DNA of 63,859 nucleotides, the filler included, from Bigelowiella natans CCMP2755 (taxonomy: Eukaryota > Protista > Cercozoa): assembly GCA_000320545.1 (NCBI GenBank). It is 6 parts of 6 records of this genome, joined end to end, with 100 filler letters (N's around TTAATTAATTAA, not from the genome) between each part and the next. Parts side by side here need not be neighbours in the genome. Positions count along the whole stretch, not along the records: positions 1 to 23,286 come from ADNK01002543.1; positions 23,387 to 37,289 come from ADNK01002075.1; 4 more parts are not named here. One strand, given 5' to 3'. The position numbers and the translations under genes were made by a program. The notes under the pieces were generated by a model. That model did no database searches and was not told where the DNA came from. It saw only the letters and a program-made list of their open reading frames with translations. The stretch's first letter is position 1, and the number at the start of each line of letters is the position of its first letter. Below are positions 22,237 to 33,767 of the stretch, piece by piece.

Positions 22237-23570
22237 GGCACGAAATCCAGCGGGGGGGGCGGCGCTGGCGAGAGGAAGGTCGGTAGCAGCTCCAACAGCA
22301 CCAACAGCATCAACAACTCCGTCGCGTCGCGGAACCTGGAGCTCCTCCTCGCGACCTTCGGCCCGCTCACGAAGCTCGACAACCCCTGCCTTCTGGAGTA
22401 CATGAACGCGCACCCCATCGAGGCGCTGCTCACGCAGGTTGAGCGCTGCTGCGGATGCACGGCGAAGGTCCCTCTCGCCTACCTCCTACGCAATGACAAC
22501 TGGTAAGGGCCGTTTTACTTTTTGAGTGCTCTGGTGGTGCACGCGGCGTGGTGTTCTTGGGAGAACGCGAATGCATGAATGACGACGTGCGTGTTGCCTT
22601 CCTTTCTGCTGGTTTGTGTGGCCTTCCCCTCCCCCTCCCCTTCCTTCTAGGTACCGTTGTGAAGGCATTGATGAGAGAGGGTGCGGAATCCTCTACTCGT
22701 ACTCGTTCTGCTCCAAGATGCCATTCTCTGACGATATCGGGTTGCTTTGTTCGACGGTATTTTGCTCGACATTACGCACGCACTCACGCATGCGCTTGTT
22801 CACCTAGATTCCGCAAGCACTGCCCGAAATGCCGGAAGTGCGTAGATGACCGTTGTCCCCATTGTGACGCTTGTGGATGGTAACAACGAGACCCTCAATT
22901 GCAAAATCCGTCCGTTTCATCGACGAAGAATATCATCCACACACACACACATACACACACATATGTACATGTACATGCATGTTTGCAGGTGTGTGTTTGT
23001 GTGTGTGTGTATGTGTGTGTGTGTGTGTGTGTGTGTTTGTTTGGATGTGCTGACAACTATTATGCTGTCGCCCACGCCGCTTCAAACAAATTACAGCTGC
23101 TACATCGCTTTCTCGCCAGGATACCCATGTTCCTGTCAGCAGAGGTAGGGTGCTGAATCAGGGAGAGGAAGGGTGGGGGGGGGGGGGGGGGGGGGAAAAG
23201 CCCATTAAATTTTTTGAAACTATTTTCCTCTAAACGTACTTCCCAAAATATTACAAAAACAAATAGCGGCCTCCCCCCCCCCCCCCNNNNNNNNNNNNNN
23301 NNNNNNNNNNNNNNNNNNNNNNNNNNNNNNTTAATTAATTAANNNNNNNNNNNNNNNNNNNNNNNNNNNNNNNNNNNNNNNNNNNNACGTTATGCCGCTC
23401 CTCCTCCCCCCCCCCCCCCCTACCCCCCTTCCATTCAGTGGTGTTCTCATCGTTTTTTTTAACGTCAATGTTAAGGCACCTATCGTAACCCGCCAAGCCG
23501 CACTCTCTGCCAGGTGTTGTTATTGTTGGTGATGGTGATGGTGATGATGATGATGATGATGGTGATGGTG

Positions 23571-23602
<32 letters not shown>

Positions 23603-23779
23603 AGTGGTAGCAAGGTTTATTCCAAGTGAAAGACTCCACCAACTAATACTAGATGTGCGGAACATCGAAGACGACCGCTCCCCCCAAAGACACGCATTGG
23701 CAGTGCGCCACCTGCACGTCAGTGATGATGCTTCCCAGCAGCAACCAATGCTATATATCACAATATAGTAGTAGTAGCT

Positions 23780-23811
<32 letters not shown>

Positions 23812-23884
23812 ATCAGAGGAGCGTTAAAGGAGAGATTGAGGGAGGGGAGAGAACTAATAGCTTTACAGGCACATATATTCTAAC

Positions 23885-23930
<46 letters not shown>

Positions 23931-23989
23931 CTACATATTTACTCAACCATCCAAATATATCAATATATATACTTTATATAAAAATATAT

Positions 23990-24036
<47 letters not shown>

Positions 24037-24168
24037 TTCTGCGCGCTTTTGCCATGGGTCTCTTTCAGGTTTCGAAATCCAAATAGCAGCGGGAACTGTC
24101 AAATGTGCTCAGCACCTAACCCCAACCCTGCATCGCAGCAGCTGCTTGACCCAAACCAACCGTATCAG
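22237..24168 (+). CDS. Multi-exon Cys-rich zinc-finger protein fragments (HCxxCxxCV...HCxxC), interrupted by a gap
   Basis: GC-rich exon 22240-22502 ending at a GTAAG donor. Later exons encode YRCEG..CGILYSYSFC and KHCPKCRKCVDDRCPHCDACG. Confidence 0.4.
23287..23386. other. Assembly gap with TTAATTAATTAA linker
   Basis: N-run, 12-mer with stops in all six frames, N-run; identical at five places. Confidence 0.98.
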
Positions 24169-25229
24169 GTAGGCAGGGAGGCGCGCGCGCGTCACACACA
24201 CATACAGCCACACTTTCACAGAATATAAAGGATATATCGTGTGTGTTTGACCGAGCTAAGATCGTGCCGTTTTTTCCTTACATTCTGATACGACAGTGTG
24301 TCTCGTGCTCGGTCATCAACAATCCGGCTCTGAACCCGAGCAAGTGCGGCGTCTGCGGAAAGGCAATTACTGGAACGATTAGACCGCCGCAGTTTGAGTC
24401 ATGAACACCTTGCTGTACTGTATACTATTTCTTCTCAATCGTTTTCATCATCTCGTCGCCATCATCATCATAATCGTCGTCGTCATCATCACCATCACCA
24501 CCACCACCACCATCCTTTTATCTTCCATTAAAATAGATCCGCCAGCGCCTGGAACTCTGCGAATGGAGAACGTGCGACTCACTGCCAGAGTCAATGCACG
24601 AAGAGGTTGGTAGAAGCGCCGATCTCACCGATCACACATCAAATTCGCCTCTTGAAAAGCACGTATGAAGTTACTGCAGTTGTACAATAATGATGAGGGG
24701 GGTGGGGGCTGGTTGGAGCGATCATTCACCAATGCTGCTGTGCATCGTAGGTCTACAAGTTTTTGCCAGATCTGATGACGACAATGCACATCTTGTGGCC
24801 GCGGACAACTCTCATATACACAGGATCCCAACCATCAATGACAACTTAGCTTCGTGAGATTCATTGTCATAGCTGAGGCCACTACTTTGAGTGCACTTCT
24901 CCAAGTGTGCAGATGACAGACAAGTAGACGTCCACAGCTAGACAGTCGCATGCTCATGTAGCCGCGGCTTTCCACAGCTAAATGATGATGGCTAGATGCG
25001 TCTAGATGGCCACATTGGATAGTTTTTGTCATTCCCTCACATGCATTCGTCCCATCTTGTGATCACCTAGATCACACATGTGTCCATCTAGATGTGGCTG
25101 ACGACATGCATCATCAGTTGGCAATGATCACATTGTTCATGGTTCACACTCTAGCACTGTTCATGGGCATGAAGCGAATGAAACATGCAACAGCGCAAGT
25201 CTAGAAGTGTTCGCGTGCATCTGGTGCAT

Positions 25230-25900
25230 GTGATGCGCCATGTGGTCCCTTTCAATGAATTGTGTCAAAACATTGGAGAAAGTGGTCACGATGCTTTCAC
25301 TCATCGTGGGTTGTTCAGTCTTGACGTTCACAACAACGAATGCAAATGCATCAGAAAAATGGACAAATCTCCGTGTGATGTCGTTTGCTTTCTAGCTTTG
25401 ATGAGAGTCACACGTGTTCACCACATCAACCATCAAAAATCAAGTTGTTCATGGATGAGCACATTGACAAAAAATTCATTGCCACTGGTGATCTGGCACA
25501 ATCAGATCCTGTTGAAAAAGAACGTCTGTTCAATGACACAAAAGACCTTGATGTCAGAACAACTGCGTGAAGCCATGTCTGAGTGCTGTGTTTCCTGACC
25601 AAACTGCTCTTGAAATTTGCAAGAGAGCAAAAACAGATGAAGAAAGATGAAAATTGACTGAACCAAAAGAAGAAACATGAAACATGAAACATGAAACGTG
25701 AAACGTGAAACGTGAAAGAAGTCAGGAAGCATTGCCAGATTGTTCAAAATCACATGCGCCAGAACCACAAACATTTGATGTGAAAACCAAACCATTTGAT
25801 GTGCTAAAAAAACATTTTGAAGTGGTGAGAAGCATGGATGAAGTTGAGACTCTCAACAATGTCACCTTTTGCAACTTTGGATCCCGTTCTGCATGCCAAT
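25230..25900 (+). pseudogene. Degenerate SF1B (RecD/Pif1-like) helicase fragment, probably from a mobile or virus-like element; TpA-hypermutated
   Basis: Across frameshifts it reads VVPFNELC, DVVCF-DE (Walker B), FIATGDLAQSDPV (motif III, GDxxQLxPV) and ALEICKR (motif IV-like). Confidence 0.6.
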
Positions 25901-25909
25901 CTAGCAATG

Positions 25910-26050
25910 CAATGAACAATGAACAATGAACAATGAATGAAGCATTGATCAAATCTACATGCGCCAGAACCACATGGGAGACAGGCACATACATGTAGCA
26001 GAGCCTCAACAACAATCATTGCAAGGACTTGTCAGCACCCTGTTGGTGAG
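25910..26050 (-). repeat. Second, inverted copy of the LINE 3' end found at 11882-12011, including the (TTCATTG)n tail
   Basis: The reverse complement aligns almost base for base: CTCACCAACAGGGTGCTGACAAGTCCTTGCAA...TGCCTGTCTCCCATGTGGTTCTGGCGC...TTCATTGTTCATTG. Confidence 0.92.
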
Positions 26051-26130
26051 CAACACAACTAGCTAGCTAGCCAACATCCTGTGTCTGTCTTTTGCCACAT
26101 CGGACACACGTGTCAGTTCTTCACAGGAGA

Positions 26131-26188
26131 TTCACCGGAGACTCTCCCAGCTGCGGGCATTTTTGCAGTAGGGAGAGTCTCCCGTGAA
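26131..26188. other. Strong inverted repeat / hairpin
   Basis: GGAGACTCTCCC (26137-26148) pairs perfectly with GGGAGAGTCTCC (26171-26182), extended by TTCAC/GTGAA and CTGC/GCAG. Confidence 0.8.
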
Positions 26189-27025
26189 GACCTTCACACA
26201 CGACGATGAAGAAGCGGTGCTCTTTGAAAACAAGAAAGGGGCATCCCCCGCGACCACTCATTGTGTGTTTGAATTACCACCTGCGACAACAAAAATTGGT
26301 TGTCGTATATGTAAAAGACAGTCTCTTCGAGGCACGAAGCTCGCCATGAAAGCTCTTTGCTTGCTTGCGTGCTGCTCAATATGAAAAGATCGAAGCACCC
26401 CAAGGAGGAAGGGAGAACAAAGATATCAAGATTGCACAAAGTCACACAGGTCATTGGTGAGAGGTATTGTGTCCAGACTGGTGAAGCACAGGCCCTCATT
26501 GGCTTCCACAGTGAGCCAATGGCGAGAAAATGAAAACATTCGACTGTTTTTTCGTTTCTGTTCTTTGTGCGAATTGAGTGTTAATCATTTGGAGAGCCAC
26601 TTCGAGATGGATGAAATTCGTATTTCACCTCTGGATCACAGAAAATGGATGACCATGCAAGAGAGCCAGCTACGCAAGATATGGACGATGTACAATGCAG
26701 AGTTAACGCATCATGTTCTGAAAAGCGTGTTGCTGTTGTTGATATGATGGTGCTACTGACAACATTTGCCAGAGTTACAAGGATACTACTATTATGACAC
26801 TATTTCATTGATGTAATCCATTTTTATTTCTGGATTAGAATGAGCGTAAACCAGCAGTTGATAGTGGCGAGGGATCAATGGTACAAGATATTCCATAAGA
26901 TTTTTAAGGCTGATTAGGGAAGTGAAGTGTACATCATGCATCGTTATGGGTTGGTGGCGAACAACAAAATGAAGGGAAGGTTGCAGTGTACTCGACTTTT
27001 TCCTCCTCTCGAAAATGGTGTTAAT

Positions 27026-27099
27026 AGGAGGTGGATGATGCGGAGGAAGGTGACAAAACTGAATCAAACAACACACCTGGCTCGATTCCGGTCAACTGT

Positions 27100-27133
<34 letters not shown>

Positions 27134-27204
27134 AGGTGGATGATGCGGAGGAAGGTGACAAAACTGAATCAAACAACACACCTGGCTCGATTCCGGTCAA
27201 CTGT

Positions 27205-27236
<32 letters not shown>
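27026..27236. repeat. Perfect tandem duplication of a ~105 bp unit ending in (AT)n
   Basis: AGGAGGTGGATGATGCGG...GGTCAACTGTTAC(AT)n starts at both 27026 and 27131. Confidence 0.9.
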
Positions 27237-27245
<9 letters not shown>

Positions 27246-27479
27246 TATGGAAATGTATAAAAATATATAAAGTTGGTCCGTACGAGTCTTTGATATCACC
27301 ATTGATACATCTTGTTTTTGAATAATCAGGAAACGACCGGAAAAGTGAGTAGTGCAATTTTGTTTATAGAGAAAGACCTACACTACTACTGCGTTCCATG
27401 AGAATTCTCTCTGTTTCTGTCTTTGTTTGAATCACCATTTCTTATCCTCTCAATATTTTCAAACGAATAATAATGGCAG

Positions 27480-29694
27480 GGCTTCGACGAAGAAAAGGAC
27501 CTTAATAAATGGTCAAAGGATGAAGTGAAAGCATGGTTAGGATTCTTACAAAAAAAGGGGGAGTTCGAATTCAAAATCGAGAAAGTTGCTTGCCCGGGAG
27601 AATTTTTTGCTGCGATGACTAAAGCAGATCTTAAAGAGTTTGCCGATGGGCTAGTGGGCATCCACATCTTCAATGCGAAAGAGGCGCTTCTTAGTAAGCA
27701 AAAAGGTAGTAGTGTGCATGCTAGCTCAACAGACCTCTCACGCGTGTTCTCTCTTGTATGTTTTGTCATCGATCGACGTGGAACAATACCTACAGATGTT
27801 ACACGTAAACATCCAAGAGAATTCATTTTTATGGATGCGTATATAAGTGAGTGTGTATGTGAGCTCAACAATTGTCTCACGCTATTTATACAACGCATGC
27901 AATAATATGATAATACATCTCTTTATTTTATTTTCTTACTTTTGGTGTGTGTTGCAAGAGTTTTAATGGATTGTGACCTTGACTACATTTACCCGATCAT
28001 AATTATATGATACGAAAACTGCTGTGACATGATGTGCCCAATCGGTGTGCTGAGATATTTTTGCGTGTGTGTTCAGCCATGGAAATGGAGGAAAGCGGAG
28101 CGTTAAGAAAAACAGAGATCGAGACGGCGAGGAAAAAATACCAAAATGATTTCAAAGTGTTGTTCGAGACGAAGATCGAAACAATCGAGGATCCTACTGG
28201 GAGAGATAGGAAGTATGGCATCCTCCGTTGGAATAGAAAAATCCTCAGGAATCAACATTCACAAGTCGTTTATTGCCGTTCTTGCTATTTTGAGATAGCA
28301 GGAAAAATTAAAGAGTTGCTTCAGAGTGGAAATGTAGACAAATTTCTCATCACGGGCATGCCCGGGGGAGGAAAGACCACAGCAGCGCTCATAGTGTTGA
28401 AAAAATTGAAAGAGGTTTTCGAGTATCCGTGCCTTTTTCAATTCGGAAGGCTTTGGGCTTGGATCCCAAAACAATTTCCCAAGCATGGCGAAATTGAAAT
28501 CATCCGTAAAGAGGATGATGCAATACGTTGTTTGCTATCTGTGTCAGAAGGTAAGGTGTTCAACTTCATTGACCCACAAGGGGACAACCCAATTGCTGAT
28601 TTAGACAACCAGTTAATCATTCATGTCGGATGGGTTTCTCCAAAGAGGGCCAGCCTACTCACTAAGAATAAATATAGGGACATGAACGACTTGTTCGGTA
28701 AGACAGCACATGAGATGATTATTTTTCCAACGTGGCTTTCGGAAGAAATTAGGGATTGTCGTTCAAGGTGCTACACGCAGCTCAGTAAATCTGAGATGAA
28801 TGAGCGAATGAAAAAATGGGGACCCTCTCTTCGCTACATTTTTGAGAAATCCGAAGAATCCGAAGATATCGACAAATTGGTGGATAGTGTAAGAAGAAAC
28901 GAACTGGAGGATTTTTTTTACTCCACAAATCAGAGTGCGGAGGCTTTCAGTTCTGGTCGACTGGCACACATGGTGCCTCAAAACAGGGGTCTTGGAAGGG
29001 AGTATTACTTCCGATTCGCTAGTGCATACGTATCCAACCTTTTTCGTAAGAAGTTCACGACTTTTTTCATCAAAATGGCAAGGTACAAGGTTCAGCGGCA
29101 GCAAAGGGGGCAATAGAGAACCACGAATACGCAGATTGGTTGGAACGATTGACCACAATGCATTTTACCAACATGGATGGCATTTTCAAGCCGACTAGGA
29201 AACTAGTTACGCCAGACAAGAAGACTGGCCCTGATCTTGAAGTTGATTTAAAGAACATCAAGGGGCACGAGTACTTCACACAGAAAAACTTCCAAGATTG
29301 TGAATTCAAAGTCGATACCTACTACGAGCCTAGTTGGCGCAACCTGGAAAGCATAGATTCACTGTTCATATCCGGGAAAATTTTGTATCTTATTCAAATA
29401 ACATTTTCCCTAAGACATCCTGTTAAAACTGCTGGAATCGGGGCAGTGTGGAAGGCGGCCAAAGAGAGACATTCGGATTTGGAAGGATATGTTCTCATTT
29501 TTGTTCTCCCAGAGGGAAGTTCGCGTGGAGGCAAAGACTACGTCAAAGATTTTGCCTACCAATCCTATGTAAAATCCAATGGGAAAGTTGTAGAACATGG
29601 AAAAGTTGATGGTTTTCCCCAGCTGAAATCGGAGCTCGGCCAGTACCTGTTTGTCCTTCCAGGTGTTCTGGAACTAGAGGAAAAGGCGACTTAA
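27480..29694 (+). pseudogene. Crinkler/RHS-type effector: SAM-like header + P-loop NTPase + PD-(D/E)xK-like restriction-endonuclease domain; frameshift near 29100
   Basis: Exon 1 has KWSKDEVKAWL (SAM-like). Exon 2 has YCRSCY, ITGMPGGGKT (Walker A), FPTWLSEEI..C and KWGPSLRY. ORF 29140-29694 has YYEP..RNLESIDSL...LIQITFS.RHPVK, typical of CR-REase. The two ORFs are in different frames. Confidence 0.8.
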
Positions 29695-30190
29695 TTCCAT
29701 GATGCACCAGAAATTCTGCTATGTGGATAATGACGCGATGCTCTGCTGCAGATTCTTGCTATGTGTCATTTTTAACAAAGATTGTTTTTACAAAAGACAT
29801 GTGATGTGCCTGTGATTTTCACCATGTCATTCTAGCAATTTAGTTCAGCAGCAAGTCATGTCAGTAGGCTAATTTTCATGTTTCACATTTTGGCAATTTT
29901 TGCTATACCGCCGTTGGTAAGGAAATGAAATGAGGGGCATTGTCTACAAGCGGCTGCGCTAGCACAGCATGCAAGCACATGCGTGCGTGCAGCATGCACA
30001 TGACACAATTAACATGCGAGTCCGTGACGTCATTAGCCATTCTTATTGCATGCAACTCTAGAGCTTATAAAGCTGTATTCACTTCGTTGCAGCTTTTACG
30101 CTACCCCCTACTAGTCTACCTAGCTAGCTAGCTAGGTAGACTAGCTCGGTCTATGCTATAGCTGTTGCATGCCACCATACATCGTTCAAA

Positions 30191-30517
30191 TCATCGTCGT
30201 AAGTCGCATTTTGCCTGTGCCTCGGCGAGGGCTCCTCTCAGCTTCTCATTTTCCATTTCCAGCTCCGCTATACGCGAAGAAGAGGCTTTCGAGGACGTGC
30301 CGTTTTGATGTGACCATACCGGGCAAGGGCCCTCAGTCGGGATGTCTTCCGGCAGAGGCGGCTGCTCACTTGGCCTCACATTGAGCGCCATTATCATTCC
30401 GAGGGGGATGTGCTGTTCCTAGAGTGTAGTGTGTGCATGGATGGGTGTCGAACGAACGGCAATGCTGATAATCGATGCTTTTGTGCAGTTTGTAGTCTCT
30501 CTCTATATATATACATT

Positions 30518-30604
<87 letters not shown>

Positions 30605-30628
30605 ATGCGTCCATGAGACCAATACAGA

Positions 30629-30673
<45 letters not shown>

Positions 30674-31996
30674 GTTGTCGCTCTCTTTAGCTGTAACTAC
30701 CATGTGGCAATGAAACTGCCAGACACCGGGTCGATCAGCTTTGAAACGGATAACAGCCCACGATCTCTGCCATACCTGGAAGCTGTCTTTCCGCAACGGC
30801 GCCCTTAAATTCCGCGTGTGCTTGTCCTTTTCCTCGTTGTACTTGCATCCCCAGTAAAGCGCCTCGAGGCCTCCTGTGTGGTTTGTGTCCGCGAAGGCCC
30901 GATCCTGCTTCGGGCAAGGATTTAGGAACTCCGGCATGAGAAAGCACGCGGTCTTATTCACGTTGCACCACTGGAAGTTGGCGACGTTGATGACCTGGAA
31001 GCGCATACCATGCATGTGGATGTTGTGGGCGGTGGGGGAGAGGTTATTAAGCACGATCTCCACCGTGGTGGCGTTCTCAGGGATGTCGAGCACGGGGATC
31101 CCTTCGCGAGCGGCCTCGCACGTGGTGCCGCCCTTGGTGTGGAGGAGAGGCGAAGGAGGCTTGCTCCACGACCATCGCCTGCCGTCAATATCCATGTACC
31201 AGCAGCTTTTGGTGAGAGGGCGATCCTCCGCCTTCTTATACAGTGGCCCGAGAAGGCCTAGGGTCACGACAAAGCGGACGTCAGGCTCTTCCGGCTCGGG
31301 CTGTACGTCGAGCGGCTCGGTCAAGTTCCAATTCCACGGATTTGTCAAATCGAAGTCCGCGCCGGACGTCGGCGCGGGGCTTGCCCCCCCGCCGGTACCC
31401 TGGGGCGTTTTCGGAGGGCCATAGAGAAGCTCGTGCTGCCCCGTATAATGCAAAAACGCGTAAAATTTGCAAGAGGACACCGGGTGGAATCCGGGTGGAA
31501 TGAAGTGGCCTTTGGTGAGTGTGCATGCGTAGTCGTACATGAGCTGGATTGGGTAGTACCCAGGCTTCTGATCTGCACAGAGCACCACATCAGCCCTCTC
31601 CCCGATATGCATGTTCAAACGCCGCACTTGGATCGGTTTCACATCCACGCCGTCCAGCGAAACCTGGCGCAAAATCAGAAATTATCGCGCGAGCAAGGAG
31701 GGGGGGGGGGGGAGAGGGGTGAGTAGGAGAAAAGCAGAGTCTAAATGTGTTTCATGGACGCGTAGTCGCGTCGTTGATATGGCTCTTACCAGCGTTGTAT
31801 TGTGGCCAGAGAATTCAACGATATAGTTCTCCGCGTTGGAAGCCATCATGATCAATCGCATTCTATAGCACTTGCCAGGCTCGACGTCGATGAGGGGGTA
31901 CGGGTACTTCTTGGCGTCAAATTTCTGCAGATCTCCCCAGGCGACCTGCCCATTCACCGAGGCGTAATCGATGTCTGAGCAGACGTCTGCACCATG

Positions 31997-32045
<49 letters not shown>

Positions 32046-32442
32046 TAACGTCAACCAGGAGAATTCCAATACTAGAGAAAGGAGCAGCGGGGTGTGTTAA
32101 TAGATTCTGTCGTGTGTCACCGTTCCCCGCCATGGCGCCCTCTAGCTTCAAGCACACCTCAGGATCGCGCCATTCGTCGGCAAGCACCACGACTCTCTCA
32201 TCATCATACGCGATGCCAGCAACACTTTCTTTCGAAACTTGTCGTTGTTCTTCTCCTTCTTCGAGGCTATCGCCACTGGTACTATCACGATCAGCAGCAG
32301 CAGCAGCAGGTCTAGGTTTGACAACGAAGGGGCCACGAATTCCTTTTGCGCTCTGCATGCCATCCATGTGCGAGTGCCAGTAGTGGGTTCCGGCAGGAAA
32401 AGCCTGGTAAGGGAGGCGGCGAGAGAGAAGAACGAGCGAGCG

Positions 32443-32481
<39 letters not shown>

Positions 32482-33263
32482 GAGAGAGAGAGGGAGAGAG
32501 TCAGATAGAGCGAAAAAGCGATGTGCAAGTACGCCAAAATATCTTGGAGATGCATGAGCAATATTGGTCTTTGGAGCTTACTGTGAATCGATATGTGTAG
32601 TTATGCCCTGAATATAAATCAATCAGAAAAGCTTGTCGTCAGACGCAGCAGCAGCCACGGAGAATACGGTAAGCGTGTCGAGAAAACAGTGAGTGTTATC
32701 GGCGAAGTTGAATCTGCCACCTGGACCGATGGGTGCTTGGGTCACTCCAACAGCCCCATCCGCCCAAGGTTGACGGATAGGGTGCAAGCCGTGCCAATGG
32801 ATACTGACACCCTCTGAGATGAGGTTGTTGATCACGTTTATCTCCACGGTGTCGTTCTCATAAACTTCGATGAGCGGACCAGGATACCTGACAGAGTAGC
32901 GTGGTTATTTAATTGCCAGCTGCTCTCGCCCCTTTCGTCGCAGATGATGAATTATTGTACTACTAGCCTATTTTCGATGCAAAGTTGGACTACTTTCCAT
33001 TGACCAAGAGAGCTCCCTTCCGGTTCTCATCGGGAATCTCGAATGGTGTTTTGCGGTCTGCTGGACGCTTCAAAGACTTTGTTGGACGGAGAAAATCAAC
33101 AACCCAATTCTCCACTCGAAAGGTGAAGGTCTTCACCTGCAGCCAAACGCAACCATAATTGTTTACACCACCTGTTTTGTCCAGTTCTACATCAATGTAC
33201 CTCGGGCTTGGCTACGGATGCCGCAGCGACGAGCACCCAATAAAGGAGCGCCACAGATTTCAT
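30191..33263 (-). CDS. Secreted multicopper oxidase (laccase/ascorbate-oxidase-like), multi-exon
   Basis: Signal peptide MKSVALLYWVLVAAAS. Motifs PGPLIEV, IHWHG, VTQAPI, YWHSH, HNIHMHG and PGVWQFHCHM|EQHIPLGM, i.e. all four Cu-binding motifs with a Met axial ligand. Confidence 0.93.
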
Positions 33264-33382
33264 GAAATCTAAGTGCAGAAGAAAGGTGTACGGTGAGAGT
33301 GTAGCTCACGCAACAAGTGTTCGAAAATGGTTTCTCTCTCTCGCGCCCCATCTCTCTCTTGCACATGCACACGCGCGCACAC

Positions 33383-33455
<73 letters not shown>

Positions 33456-33767
33456 CGCCCAGGTCTCCACGCGCACAGGAATGGCTCTGCTGTTTCTCAT
33501 TGCTTACTCGTAACCCTCAGTGCATAAATGACCGTACCCGTGTTCAAAGGGCCATTGAGCAAGTCGCAGGAGGCAAAACGTTTCCCTTTTATCGATGCGA
33601 CAACCTTTCGTAAGGTCGTTTTGAATTATCTCAGGACACAAAATGACCCCCTTTTCTTAATGCGACAAGCGTTCATCGTTGATTTTCTCGATGTTTCAAC
33701 GTACAAAACTATGCCCTTTTCTTGGTGCGACAATATTTGATCTATCTTAGCATAAAAGTTTGGAAGG

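Noticed and set aside
10004-22460. Dozens of overlapping or antisense ORFs as real genes
   Set aside because: They are explained by erased TAA/TAG stops and show no independent motifs.
22237-24168. Zinc-finger gene as the adenine-modifying enzyme (ZCCHC4-like)
   Set aside because: Only a Cys-rich pattern is visible, with no methyltransferase (DPPF) or deaminase (HxE...PCxxC) motif.
33255-33270. Perfect 16-bp palindrome AGATTTCATGAAATCT over the oxidase start codon
   Set aside because: A single occurrence that could arise by chance; no supporting evidence of function.
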